From Emticicia sp. (lineage in GTDB: Bacteria > Bacteroidota > Bacteroidia > Cytophagales > Spirosomataceae), in assembly GCA_031378345.1 (NCBI GenBank), contig JANNDY010000034.1:107603-171602 (forward strand): DNA of 64,000 nucleotides. The letters run 5' to 3'. A model generated the notes under the pieces. That model made no database searches, was not told the DNA's origin, and saw only the letters and a program-made list of their open reading frames with translations. Below are positions 37,330 through 47,630 of the stretch, one piece after another (position 1 is the first letter of the stretch; the number at the start of each line of letters is the position of its first letter). Made by a program: the position numbers and the translations under genes.

Positions 37330-38673
37330 ATGTTTAAAAAAATACTAATCGCTAACCGTGGCGAAATCGCCCTCCGAATTATTCGTACTTGCCGAGAAAT
37401 GGGCATCAAAACAGTAGCCGTTTATTCGACTGCCGACCGTGAAAGTCTGCATGTAAGATTTGCCGATGAAGCTGTTTGTATTGGACCCGCTGCAAGTCGC
37501 CAATCATATTTAAGTATTCCGAATATCATTTCGGCTGCCGAAATCACCAATGCCGATGCTATTCACCCTGGCTATGGATTTTTGTCCGAAAATGCTGAAT
37601 TTTCAAGAGTTTGTGCCGAATATGGCATAAAATTCATTGGAGCAACCGCCGAGCAAATCAATTACATGGGAGATAAAGCTACGGCAAAAGCAACCATGCG
37701 TGATTCGGGCGTCCCAGTAATTCCAGGTTCTGATGGCTTGCTCGGATCAGTCGAAGAAGGAATCAGATTATCGGCAGATATGGGCTACCCCGTTATTGTG
37801 AAAGCAACTGCAGGCGGTGGTGGTCGTGGCATGAGAATTATTCATAAGCCAGAAGAATTTCAAAAAGCGTGGGACGATGCCAAAATGGAATCGGGTGCAG
37901 CTTTTGGAAATGATGGTTTGTACTTAGAAAAGTTCATCGAAGAACCTCGCCACATCGAAATTCAGATTGTTGGCGACCAATTTGGCAAAGTTTGCCACCT
38001 TTCGGAGAGAGATTGTTCGATTCAAAGAAGGCACCAAAAATTAGTTGAAGAAACGCCTTCTCCTATCGTTTCGCAAGAATTACGTGAACAAATGGGCGAA
38101 GCTGCCATTAAAGGTGCAGCTGCCATTGGCTACGAAGGTGCAGGAACGATTGAGTTTTTGGTTGATAAACATGGAAAATTCTATTTCATGGAGATGAACA
38201 CCCGAATTCAAGTTGAGCATCCAATTACAGAGGAAGTAACAGATTTTGATTTAATAAAAGAACAAATAAAAGTAGCAGCTGGCGTTCCGATTTCGGGAAA
38301 AAATTATTTTCCGAAATTGTTTGCTATGGAATGTCGTATCAATGCCGAAGACCCAAAAAATAACTTCCGCCCATCGCCAGGCAAAATTACTAATTTGCAT
38401 TTTCCAGGCGGTCATGGTGTCAGAATAGATAGCCATGTATATGCTGGTTATACGATTCCGTCAAACTATGATTCGATGATTGCAAAGTTGATTATTACGG
38501 GACAGTCGAGAGCCGAAGTGCTTACTCGTATGAAGCGTGCTTTGCAGGAATTTGTGATTGAAGGAGTGAAAACAACGATTCCATTTCACATAAAATTGAT
38601 GGATGATGAAATTTTCAAATCAGGAATGTTTACGACCGCTTTTTTAGATACTTTTGATTTTAGCGATTTGTAA
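37330..38673 (+). CDS. accC: Acetyl-CoA carboxylase biotin carboxylase subunit
   Basis: [50 protein letters not shown]. Confidence 0.92.
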   Translation: MFKKILIANRGEIALRIIRTCREMGIKTVAVYSTADRESLHVRFADEAVCIGPAASRQSYLSIPNIISAAEITNADAIHPGYGFLSENAEFSRVCAEYGIKFIGATAEQINYMGDKATAKATMRDSGVPVIPGSDGLLGSVEEGIRLSADMGYPVIVKATAGGGGRGMRIIHKPEEFQKAWDDAKMESGAAFGNDGLYLEKFIEEPRHIEIQIVGDQFGKVCHLSERDCSIQRRHQKLVEETPSPIVSQELREQMGEAAIKGAAAIGYEGAGTIEFLVDKHGKFYFMEMNTRIQVEHPITEEVTDFDLIKEQIKVAAGVPISGKNYFPKLFAMECRINAEDPKNNFRPSPGKITNLHFPGGHGVRIDSHVYAGYTIPSNYDSMIAKLIITGQSRAEVLTRMKRALQEFVIEGVKTTIPFHIKLMDDEIFKSGMFTTAFLDTFDFSDL

Positions 38674-38741
38674 AAATCTGATAATCAATAAGTTACAATA
38701 AAAAGCCTCCAAAATGGGGGCTTTTTTGTTGTTGAGAAATA

Positions 38742-39341
38742 TCAATGATTTTTTCCAAAATTCTTTTCACCAGCTTCAATTGCAATTTTCAAATGGTTTT
38801 CTTTTGGCGGAATCGGGCAGCTGTATCCCGCACTAAAAGCACAATATGGATTGTAGGCTTTGTTAAAATCTAAAAATATTTTTTCGCCTTCAATTTCTTT
38901 CATGCGTAAATCAAGGTAACGTCCGCCTCCGTAAGACTCTTTTCCATTGCTCAAATCTTTGAATGGAACAAATAAATAATCTCGGTATTGTGGCATGGCT
39001 TTCAAGCTAAGTGATTGATAAACAGCGAGTTGTAGTTTCTTTCCATCAATTTCAAATCTTAATTCTCCAAACTTAACGTAAGTTTTTGTTACGCCTGCTG
39101 ACGTCGGTATTTCAAAAGGTTTGCCTTTGGGAGTAGCAACAAACGTACATTCAACTTTGAATTTTTCGTTGGGTTCGTAGAAATGTAATAATTCAAAATC
39201 TTCTTTTTTCAGTGGAGAGTTTGCCGATTTTAAGAATTCGGCTTTGTATTCTTCACGGTGTTTTTCTATTTCTGCCTTAAAATCTTGGGCGAAAAGAATT
39301 GTAGGGAACAAGCAGAAAATACTTAAAATCATGTTTTTCAT
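38742..39341 (-). CDS. DUF1684 domain protein
   Basis: GGGRYLDL..NKAYNPYCAFS..CPIPPKENHL. Confidence 0.7.
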   Translation of the reverse strand: MKNMILSIFCLFPTILFAQDFKAEIEKHREEYKAEFLKSANSPLKKEDFELLHFYEPNEKFKVECTFVATPKGKPFEIPTSAGVTKTYVKFGELRFEIDGKKLQLAVYQSLSLKAMPQYRDYLFVPFKDLSNGKESYGGGRYLDLRMKEIEGEKIFLDFNKAYNPYCAFSAGYSCPIPPKENHLKIAIEAGEKNFGKNH

Positions 39342-40531
39342 TGACCTATTGGTTTAACAGTTTTTGCAATAAAAATACTCAAAAATATCATAATCATAGC
39401 AAAATAGCCAACATATTGATAGTTTTCGAGAAATCCAGAGGGCGTTTTGTGAATAATGAAACCACCAATATTGGTTGCAATCGCCTGTGCAAAAAGCTGA
39501 ACGGACGAATTTATTGCCATAAAACTTCCTCTTTGTTGCGGCGAAACAACACTCGAAACTATTGCTTGTGTAGGAATCAAACGACCATTTGAAAAAACAA
39601 AAAAAATGGCTGCAATAACCAAAACTCCCCAAATAACGCCAGAAAACATATTGGTTATCAAGAAAATCGGAATCAAAGAAAGCAAGGCGAATATTACAAA
39701 AACAGGGTATTTACCTTTTTTATCGGCCAATTTTCCTACTAATGGTGCCGAAAAGATAGTACAAAGTCCTCCTACAAAATAAATCAAGAAAAGATTATCT
39801 TGGCTAAATCCAACATTTGCAACCAAAGTAGGCGAGATATAAGGAATAATGCTAAAATGTCCCAACATAATAATCGTTGAAAGAAACAAAGCCCGCATCT
39901 GATTTGGGCTTTCAAGAATAGCTGTAATAACCGCAAAAGGACTTTGCTTAACTTGGCGATTTTGAAGATGTTTATCCAAAGCAGGTACATATTTATAAAT
40001 CAAAAAAATGACAATTATCCCCAAACTTCCAAGCACTAAAAATGGCGAATGCCAACCAAATTTTGTGGCCAAATAAAGCCCTGAAGGAATGCCCACAACC
40101 GCCGCCAATGAAAAAGCTGTTGTGATAAAACCCATTGCTGTTGCTCGGCGTTCATATTCAAAAGCATCGGCAACGATAGACATTACTTGTGAGCCAATTA
40201 TTCCCCCAAAAATGCCAGCAATGATTCGGGCTAAAATCAAAAATTCGTACGTAGGAGCAAATGCACAAGCAAAAGTGCCTGCAACAAAGCCAATATAAGC
40301 AAATAAAACTACTTTTTTTCGGTCATAATTATCAACAAAAAAGGCAGACAAAAAGCCTGAAACTCCTGCACTCAGACCATAAGCCGACACCACAAAGCCA
40401 AATTGACGAGGAGAAATATCAAAAATCTGCATCAATTGTGGACCCAAAGGCATCATAATCATAAAATCTATGATGTGCGTAAAATTGATGCAGGAAAGTA
40501 TAAAAAGTAGTAGTTTTTCTTTTTGAGTCAT
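39338..40531 (-). CDS. MFS transporter
   Basis: 12 TM segments; DNYDRKKV loop motif between TM2 and TM3. Confidence 0.8.
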   Translation of the reverse strand: MTQKEKLLLFILSCINFTHIIDFMIMMPLGPQLMQIFDISPRQFGFVVSAYGLSAGVSGFLSAFFVDNYDRKKVVLFAYIGFVAGTFACAFAPTYEFLILARIIAGIFGGIIGSQVMSIVADAFEYERRATAMGFITTAFSLAAVVGIPSGLYLATKFGWHSPFLVLGSLGIIVIFLIYKYVPALDKHLQNRQVKQSPFAVITAILESPNQMRALFLSTIIMLGHFSIIPYISPTLVANVGFSQDNLFLIYFVGGLCTIFSAPLVGKLADKKGKYPVFVIFALLSLIPIFLITNMFSGVIWGVLVIAAIFFVFSNGRLIPTQAIVSSVVSPQQRGSFMAINSSVQLFAQAIATNIGGFIIHKTPSGFLENYQYVGYFAMIMIFLSIFIAKTVKPIGQ

Positions 40532-40614
40532 TTTGAAAAATCTTGGAATAGTCTAATTTTTCAACGAAAGCAAAGAAAAAATAATTCCAAAAGGCAATGT
40601 ATCAATAAAAACAA

Positions 40615-40645
40615 GAAGCCCCATTTCGATTTGAAATGAGGCTTC
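40615..40645 (-). terminator. Rho-independent terminator of the ThuA-like gene
   Basis: gaagccccatttc / gaaatgaggcttc, a 13-bp stem with one mismatch. T-run on the minus strand. Confidence 0.5.
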
Positions 40646-40663
40646 AAAATAAATAAAAACTTC

Positions 40664-41434
40664 TTACAAACCTTTGCCAGTTGCAGCCCAATAAATGCCA
40701 CCATAAAGATGGTCAAGGAAAGTTTGGTCGCTATAAACCGCTAGAATATGACCCAAACCAGTATAGAATGAACGACCACCGTCATAATTATGGTACCACG
40801 CAATCGGGTGAAAACCCATACCTTTTCCTTCATTATCGCCCCATTTCACCGTAGGGTTATAAGATTTTTCATCAATCGAAATCAAAACTTTCAAATCTGT
40901 AGCATTGGCAGGGGTTTTAAATTCATACCACTCGTCTGTCCAAAGTAATTTTTTCGGGAAACGCTCCATGCCCGGAAAATTGCTGTCTTCTACTTTCAAA
41001 TAAGCTGTTTGTTGTTGTGGATGAATTTTGAAATAATTTCCAACCAATTTTCCATACCAAGCCCAATCGTACTCAGTATCGGTTGCACTATGAATTCCGA
41101 CAAAGCCTTTGCCAGCCTTAATAAATTTTTCAAAAGCTGCTTGTTGCTCATCATTCAAGATATTTCCGGTAGTATTCAAAAAGATAACTGCCTGAAATCT
41201 TTCTAAATTTTTGTCATTAAAAACCGAAGCATTTTCCTGCCAATCTACTGTAAAAGTGTGTCTTTGTGCCAATTGTTTGATGGCGGTAACGCCTTCATTG
41301 ATGGATTCATGATGAAAACCGTCTGTTTTTGAAAATAATAATACCCTAAATTGCCCTTGAGCGAATGATGAAATAGAAAAAGTAATTGTCAATAGAAGTA
41401 ACAACAATGACTTTTTTACAAGAAAATGTTTCAT
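40664..41434 (-). CDS. ThuA-domain (trehalose-utilisation-like) secreted protein
   Basis: FRVLLFSKTDGFHHESI..GFVGIHSATDTEYDW..IAWYHNYDGGRSFYTGLGH. Confidence 0.75.
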   Translation of the reverse strand: MKHFLVKKSLLLLLLTITFSISSFAQGQFRVLLFSKTDGFHHESINEGVTAIKQLAQRHTFTVDWQENASVFNDKNLERFQAVIFLNTTGNILNDEQQAAFEKFIKAGKGFVGIHSATDTEYDWAWYGKLVGNYFKIHPQQQTAYLKVEDSNFPGMERFPKKLLWTDEWYEFKTPANATDLKVLISIDEKSYNPTVKWGDNEGKGMGFHPIAWYHNYDGGRSFYTGLGHILAVYSDQTFLDHLYGGIYWAATGKGL

Positions 41435-41549
41435 AGTTTTTTTGATTGAGGTTGAATAAAAAATATAAAATAAATTAGTGTCAAAGAAACACTTATTGAT
41501 GAAACAAATGTAGGATTTTGAAATTTATCAACCAACAAAGAGGGGATAT

Positions 41550-42236
41550 TTAAACTATGTTTTGAGAGTAATCAAGCATCAGATGATGGAGTTCAAAAAG
41601 TTTTTTGCCAATTATCGTTTGATGATTTGAAATGTAAGAAAAATCAAAGCTTTGCAAAATATTAGTTTTTGTAAGCGTAATTAATGTATTATTTCTTACC
41701 TCAATAATTTCAGTATTTGTGCCAGATTTGCTAATCAGGTTATTGATTTTATCTTTGTTCTGCTCAATATCACAAGGCTTTACTATGAATCCAATCATTC
41801 CATTTCTTCCGAGATTTGTAGGGTATTTTTCACTTATAAAGCGATGTATGCCTTCTTTTACATACTCGCTATTTAATGGACTTTCTCCATCTAATCGTTT
41901 ACATTCAAATGTAAAATAATTATTTTTTCCACCTGAAAACGACAAACCCTCTACAATTATCATAATATCTAAATATCCTACTTCTTTCCGCTTTTCAATT
42001 TTTGCAGGCTCGGCAATAAAATAAAAATTATTTATCTGCAAATCTTCTTTAATATCTGGATTTTGTAAATAATCATCAACAAGCATATTTCGGAGATAAT
42101 TTTCATCATTTTCAAATTTTGGATTTTCCGAAAGAAGGCTCTCTTGATAACAAATAATAACGGCTGATAATAGTTTTTTAAAGCTTTTTATGACATAAAA
42201 TTCACTATTACTTTTACTCAAAGGAGAAGTATTCAT
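41550..42236 (-). CDS. PD-(D/E)xK nuclease-like protein, partner of the large methyltransferase
   Basis: GYLDIMIIVEG ..(about 20 aa).. FTFECKRLDG gives D-x(n)-E-x-K spacing. Starts 16 nt after the stop of the upstream gene, same strand. Confidence 0.5.
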   Translation of the reverse strand: MNTSPLSKSNSEFYVIKSFKKLLSAVIICYQESLLSENPKFENDENYLRNMLVDDYLQNPDIKEDLQINNFYFIAEPAKIEKRKEVGYLDIMIIVEGLSFSGGKNNYFTFECKRLDGESPLNSEYVKEGIHRFISEKYPTNLGRNGMIGFIVKPCDIEQNKDKINNLISKSGTNTEIIEVRNNTLITLTKTNILQSFDFSYISNHQTIIGKKLFELHHLMLDYSQNIV

Positions 42237-42252
42237 TCTATAAAGTTGGTGT

Positions 42253-45200
42253 TTATGCTTCGATTAATTCAAGTTCTTCGGTTCTTTTAAATATGCTTTC
42301 TATGAATTCATTTAAGTCTAAGTAAGCAATTGCTTCATGCCAAACTTTATATTCATTTGGTTTAATTACATAAAATGATGAGTCATTAAATCCTTTTATA
42401 TCTTTTTGTATGTAAAGATTAGATGCTTGTTCCTCAAAACCCATACCTATAAAATGACGTAATATTTTCTCTTGGTTTGCGATTCTCTCCTTCCATTCAA
42501 TCATTTCATTAGGTTCTAATTGACTAATTACAAAATTCACAGCTATTACATCTTGTGAGTAATAAATTTCCGCATTGAAATAATTACCATCTTCTGGTTC
42601 ATAAATCGTAGAGAAATGCTTTATAAATACATTCACATACTTTTCAATGAATATTCTATCTTGTGATGATTGTAAGTTTCGATATGGCTCTTGCTCTCCC
42701 TTCCATAAAGGAATTGAAACCTTAAAGGCATAATCCAAAAGGCTTTTTTCAGTAGAATTAAGCCTGTAAAGTTGATATAATAATATATCTAATTCTTTCT
42801 CTAACGGACAAACTTCATGTTCATTAAATGTTTGATTTTTGTAATAATCTTGAATTCTATCTACATAATTTGCGATTCTGTCATCAATTATTGATGGGAA
42901 ATTAACCATTTCTTTTTGATGAATTTGTTCTCGTTCAATTCCACTTGATGAAATTGTCATCAAACTATAATAAATGAACATATTAGAATTTAAAGTCCCA
43001 ACAATACTTTTTAGGGCATTCTTATGCTCTTCAAACCCTTTTATTACCATAACTGTATCTGTAAACATCCATTCGTCTTCTGAATAAGCACTAACTGCTT
43101 GCAAAGTATCAGGTATAAAACCTTTTTTTATAAAAAGATAGGGTGGATAAAATATACGTTTATCCTTTCTATCTCTGTGAACAGTAGAAATTTGCCATGG
43201 TTCTGTATCCTCAGTATTTATATAATATCTTTTTAAAAGTTTTTTTGTATCCGTATCAAGGTATTTCCTTCCAACAAACTCAGAAATGTCATTTTCGTCA
43301 CTTCCATTAACCTGCACCCCTCTATTAGGAGGAAGCATTTCATTTTCTTCTGTAATATTTTTTATTGATTTAAAACGAGAACTTTTGAGTCTTTTTATTA
43401 AATAGAAATCTAATAAATTGCCATAAACTAATACTTTCCACAGCCAATCATAATCGGAAAAATAGCCTTGTAATACTTCTTTATAATCATATTTTTCTAT
43501 TACAAATGCTCTAAATAAATCAAAATATTTGTTAGGCTTTAGTGAAATATGTTTGACTATATTTTCAGGATTTACAGGTTTTCCAGTAAACTTGTAGAAA
43601 ATAATGCTTGCAGGACCAGTTGTATTTTTTTTGAGTCCTTTTATTTTGGGACCATTTTTTTTGAAGACTTTATCCCTTATGGCTGAAAGTTCTACTATTT
43701 GAATAATTTCGAATTTATCCAAAAAATATGTTCTAAATTTTTTGGAATCTACGTTGTATAAAATTTTACTCGTAATAATTAAAGCACAAGTAATTTCTTT
43801 ATTTGTTTCTCTAAATAAGTTACTTAAACGTAATAAAAAGGCTTGTGCTATTTCCTTGTTACCAATTATCGTATCTTTTATTTTTTCTTTTCTTGCCCTT
43901 GTTTTACAATAGTTTAAGTATTGTTTTTGATATTTTGAAACATTTCCCCAAGGTGGATTTCCCAATACAAAATCGAAATGGGTTTCAGATACTTTGGTTC
44001 TAAATAGATATTCTTGTGTGAATTTATCATCAAAAAAATCACCTTCAAAGAAATTATCTCTCAAATTAGGGAACTTAAAATCAGCAATATCTTTGGGGTC
44101 TTGGAAGTCAAGAAGCGTTATATAAATTGAAAAAATCGCTACATTGACCGCTGCGGGGTCTTTATCTACTCCAAAAATATTATCAATTACTAAATCATTG
44201 AGGTGTTTTTTTAACTCCACTCCGTTAAGTTTATTAATTGATTGAAACCTTGTAATAATTTGCCTTAGAGTTTCTACCAAAAAAATCCCAGAGCCACATG
44301 AAGGGTCTATTACTCGGCAATTATACTCGTTTTCATCTTCCTCAAAATATTTAGTAACGGTTTGTTTAACAATATATTCAGCTAAAAACAATGGTGTATA
44401 AAAAGCCTTATTTTCAGCCTGACTTTCACCCATAAAGAACTCATAAATATTACTAATGAATTCTACTGGAATTATCTGAAAATCGTAGTATTTGAATTCC
44501 TTGAAGTCCAAACGTGATTGTCCACTTCCTACCTCATTTCCTTTGAATAAGTCAAATAAAACCCCTACACATTCGGAATTAATATGCTCATCAGAAAGGT
44601 CTAAATTCTGAACAGGAAAAAGCCTTTCTTCTGCATCATCGAAGAATTTATTGTCTATAAATCTAAACCAATCATATAGATTTTCAACACTTTTACTTTC
44701 GAGCATATTCTCAAAAACATCAATATCAAATTTAGCATTTTTGAAAACAATTTCTACCTCTCTATCAATCAAATAGCGTGTAAAAATTAATCGCCCAATT
44801 AAACTATTGGCTAATTCACTTTTAATATCTATTTTTTTGAGCAACTCACGAGCATCATAAATGTTTTTTAAAAGTGTATTATCAACTTTACTTTTTGTAT
44901 TATTTATATTTTCATTGTAATTATTCCACGTTTTTCCAGAAATCAATTCCCAAAAATTGAAATCATCTTTTTTGTTCTCATTAGCTAACACATTGAGATA
45001 TCCGTCTTTACTATCAAATGAGAATCCGTTTAAAATTTGGAGTTCATCAGGCAGAATAATAAATACGACAGGTGTCTTACCAAAATTCCAACAATCCTTA
45101 TGAATTTTTCTGATAGTTTGATTATCTCTACTTTCTACTTCAAAAAAAAGCACAAAGCTATTTTCTGAAAAATAGTATTTGGAAGAGTTTATGAAAAAGG

Positions 45201-45357
45201 CTGAGGGTTTAATTTTTTTTAAAACTTCTTCAACCTTGACAGAAAATTTATTTTTCCAAGTTTTGGGTTGTTTATAAAAATATAGCCCGTTTTTCTCTAA
45301 GCCTTCATCAGAGATAAAGTCCAGTTTTCTAAGCAACTGATTAAGAGAGCCTTGCAT
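42253..45357 (-). CDS. Large (1034 aa) gamma-class N6-adenine DNA methyltransferase-domain protein (Eco57I/MmeI-like architecture)
   Basis: FYTPLFLAEYIV, motif I RVIDPSCGSGIFLVE, motif IV FDFVLGNPPWG. About 300 aa N-terminal and 500 aa C-terminal extensions. Confidence 0.8.
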   Translation of the reverse strand: MQGSLNQLLRKLDFISDEGLEKNGLYFYKQPKTWKNKFSVKVEEVLKKIKPSAFFINSSKYYFSENSFVLFFEVESRDNQTIRKIHKDCWNFGKTPVVFIILPDELQILNGFSFDSKDGYLNVLANENKKDDFNFWELISGKTWNNYNENINNTKSKVDNTLLKNIYDARELLKKIDIKSELANSLIGRLIFTRYLIDREVEIVFKNAKFDIDVFENMLESKSVENLYDWFRFIDNKFFDDAEERLFPVQNLDLSDEHINSECVGVLFDLFKGNEVGSGQSRLDFKEFKYYDFQIIPVEFISNIYEFFMGESQAENKAFYTPLFLAEYIVKQTVTKYFEEDENEYNCRVIDPSCGSGIFLVETLRQIITRFQSINKLNGVELKKHLNDLVIDNIFGVDKDPAAVNVAIFSIYITLLDFQDPKDIADFKFPNLRDNFFEGDFFDDKFTQEYLFRTKVSETHFDFVLGNPPWGNVSKYQKQYLNYCKTRARKEKIKDTIIGNKEIAQAFLLRLSNLFRETNKEITCALIITSKILYNVDSKKFRTYFLDKFEIIQIVELSAIRDKVFKKNGPKIKGLKKNTTGPASIIFYKFTGKPVNPENIVKHISLKPNKYFDLFRAFVIEKYDYKEVLQGYFSDYDWLWKVLVYGNLLDFYLIKRLKSSRFKSIKNITEENEMLPPNRGVQVNGSDENDISEFVGRKYLDTDTKKLLKRYYINTEDTEPWQISTVHRDRKDKRIFYPPYLFIKKGFIPDTLQAVSAYSEDEWMFTDTVMVIKGFEEHKNALKSIVGTLNSNMFIYYSLMTISSSGIEREQIHQKEMVNFPSIIDDRIANYVDRIQDYYKNQTFNEHEVCPLEKELDILLYQLYRLNSTEKSLLDYAFKVSIPLWKGEQEPYRNLQSSQDRIFIEKYVNVFIKHFSTIYEPEDGNYFNAEIYYSQDVIAVNFVISQLEPNEMIEWKERIANQEKILRHFIGMGFEEQASNLYIQKDIKGFNDSSFYVIKPNEYKVWHEAIAYLDLNEFIESIFKRTEELELIEA

Positions 45358-45386
45358 AATAAGGAAGATAGGGATGTTGAGTTTTG

Positions 45387-45394
45387 CAAATATA
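45387..45394 (-). promoter_or_regulatory. Bacteroidota -7 promoter box for the methyltransferase operon
   Basis: caaatata on the plus strand = tatatttg on the minus strand, 30 nt upstream of the ATG at 45357. Confidence 0.35.
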
Positions 45395-45437
45395 TATCAT
45401 AATAAGCAAAATATACGCCAATTGTAGGTGATTTTGT

Positions 45438-46106
45438 TCAGCTTTTCCACTTGATGGCACAGCCAACAGCTTTCGTAGTAGTTGTAACGACAGGTTTTCC
45501 TGCCAATAAATTATTCACGGCATCTTCTACATAGCGTTTTGTAACGCCCGCAGGGTCTTGGGCATTGTCGTCTATTGCACCCAAATATTGAACAATTATT
45601 TTGCCTCCTTCTTTTTTCAAAACATAAACTTGTGGCGTACGCATCGCTCCAAACATTTTCGAAACCGCTTGCGTATCGTCAGTCAAATATGGGTATGTAT
45701 AACCTTTTTCCTTTGCTCGTGCTTGCATATTGGCAAAAGAATCTTCTTCGTAAGCATCTGGGTCATTAGGATTTATAGCAATCACGGGGAAGCCCTGAGA
45801 GGCAAATTTATTATCAAGAGCCACAACTCGGTCTTCGTAAGACTTTGAAAAAGGGCAATGATTGGAAGTAAAAACCACAATAAAACCTTTGGCAGAAGTA
45901 AAATTTGATAACGAAAGCACTTTTCCATCAATGTTTTTGAGCTTGAAATCTGCCACAACATCGCCCAAATTATAGCCAGCAACTGCAATGGTTTTGGCAT
46001 TGGGTACTTCCAACGGTTCGGCAGCATCAACTTTCTTGAACAAATAAGTTGAAAATAAACCTCCAACCATCAACATTGTTACAACTGTCAAAATTTGCTT
46101 TTTCAT
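45438..46106 (-). CDS. Thioredoxin-fold (redoxin/AhpC-TSA-like) protein
   Basis: N-terminal anchor; FIVVFTSNHCPFSKSYEDR.. Confidence 0.7.
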   Translation of the reverse strand: MKKQILTVVTMLMVGGLFSTYLFKKVDAAEPLEVPNAKTIAVAGYNLGDVVADFKLKNIDGKVLSLSNFTSAKGFIVVFTSNHCPFSKSYEDRVVALDNKFASQGFPVIAINPNDPDAYEEDSFANMQARAKEKGYTYPYLTDDTQAVSKMFGAMRTPQVYVLKKEGGKIIVQYLGAIDDNAQDPAGVTKRYVEDAVNNLLAGKPVVTTTTKAVGCAIKWKS

Positions 46107-46183
46107 TTTTTGTTTATTTTTAAATTTACTTTAGGAATACGTAAATTAGTTTTGCCTACTAACGTTTTGAAAACAATATTATT

Positions 46184-46657
46184 TTAAAAAAAGTGCTTGA
46201 TTTTTTCAGTAAGTGTTTGATAGTCAAATGATTGTTCGTAAAATTCTTTTCGATTTCCTTGACTAATCAACGTTGCAGGAATCGCTCCCGACCATTTTGT
46301 GCTTACTTTATCAATCCAACTATCATAATCTGGTTCGTCTAATAAATAAACTTTTGAAAGGATTTTCTTCTCTTCCACAAATTTTTTTACGCTTTCCAAA
46401 TCTCGCAAAAAATCAAGACTTATAAAAACAACTTTTACATTATTTAGACGAAAATCATTTGCTAAAGTCTCAAAAACAGGCATTTCGGCAACGCACGGAC
46501 CACACCACGAAGCCCAAAAATTAATGACATAAATGCTGTCATCTTTTTGCATTATTTTGTCTAAGTCAGTAAATTTTATAATTTCAACACTTTGTGCCGA
46601 AGTTATATAACTACTTGATAGGCAGATGATTACAATAAATAATTTGAATATTTTCAT
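46184..46657 (-). CDS. TlpA-like thiol:disulfide oxidoreductase
   Basis: Signal peptide and the WASWCGPC active site. Confidence 0.75.
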   Translation of the reverse strand: MKIFKLFIVIICLSSSYITSAQSVEIIKFTDLDKIMQKDDSIYVINFWASWCGPCVAEMPVFETLANDFRLNNVKVVFISLDFLRDLESVKKFVEEKKILSKVYLLDEPDYDSWIDKVSTKWSGAIPATLISQGNRKEFYEQSFDYQTLTEKIKHFF

Positions 46658-46757
46658 AATTCTTTTTAGAAGTATTATGTAAATTTATTTTTAAAATCCG
46701 TAATTAGCAATAAATATAATGAGTGAATGTTTTTGCATGAAATTTTTCTTTTAAATA

Positions 46758-47039
46758 TTGATGACACTTCACTTAAAAGTAAAACCTGGAAGTAAAATTG
46801 ATGCATTGTTTTTTGACGATGCAGGACAACTTAACGCCAAAATAAAAGCTCCACCGCAAGACGGCAAGGCAAATGCCTATTTGCTTGAGTTTTTGGGAAA
46901 ACAATTAGGTATTGCCAAATCCAAAATCACAATTTTGGCAGGTTTTTCAAGTCAGTTTAAAAAATTAGATATTGAGGTTGAAGAAAAAGTTGTTGAGGTG
47001 TTCTTGAAAAAAATAAAGTTGTCAGCTGTTGAAAAATAA
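46758..47039 (+). CDS. DUF167 (YggU) family protein
   Basis: KVKPGSK..AKIKAPPQDGKANAYLLEFL.. Confidence 0.7.
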   Translation: MMTLHLKVKPGSKIDALFFDDAGQLNAKIKAPPQDGKANAYLLEFLGKQLGIAKSKITILAGFSSQFKKLDIEVEEKVVEVFLKKIKLSAVEK

Positions 47040-47069
47040 ATATATTTGCAATTACATATGCATTTTTTT

Positions 47070-47167
47070 AAATCCGTGAAAATCTGTATAAATCCGTGTT
47101 ATCCGTGTTCCAAATTCGCTGAAAAATGGAACACGGATAACACGAATTCCGGTGGAAACACGGATTT
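47070..47167. repeat. Nested palindromic ~98-bp intergenic element, copy 1
   Basis: Core arms cgtgttatccgtgttcc (47095-47111) / ggaacacggataacacg (47128-47144). Outer arms aaatccgtg / cacggattt. Second copy at 61248-61346. Confidence 0.8.
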
Positions 47168-47245
47168 TTTATTAGTATTCAAAAATTTGTCATATAGTAT
47201 TTAAAATCAACCAAAAAATCGTGGCGACGAACCGCTATTTAAAAC

Positions 47246-47590
47246 ATGAAAAGAATTATTATTGTTCTCTTTATTTCTTGCTTTTATGCAAGTATATCTT
47301 TTGCCCAAACTTCTTCGACAGATTCGTTAAAACAGTATGTTGGCACGTACAAAATGAAAGGTGATGCCCCTTTTCAGTCTTACAAAATAACTTTTGCCGA
47401 TGGCTCAATTTCGGGCGAAGCTGATAGTTATGGAGCTAATAAATTGGTAAAATTGGCAGGAATTGACAAATTTCAATCCACCAGTTCTTATGCTTCAATC
47501 TTTACTTTTACTCGTAATGTTGATAAGAAAGTAACAGGTTTTAAGATGGAAATTCAAGGTACTGAAATCCTTGCTGACAAAGAAAATTAG
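47246..47590 (+). CDS. Small secreted hypothetical protein
   Basis: Signal peptide ..SFAQ; no recognised motif. Confidence 0.35.
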   Translation: MKRIIIVLFISCFYASISFAQTSSTDSLKQYVGTYKMKGDAPFQSYKITFADGSISGEADSYGANKLVKLAGIDKFQSTSSYASIFTFTRNVDKKVTGFKMEIQGTEILADKEN

Positions 47591-47630
47591 ATTTTTTTTT
47601 TAGAGAAAGGAATTTTATAAATTCTTTTAT

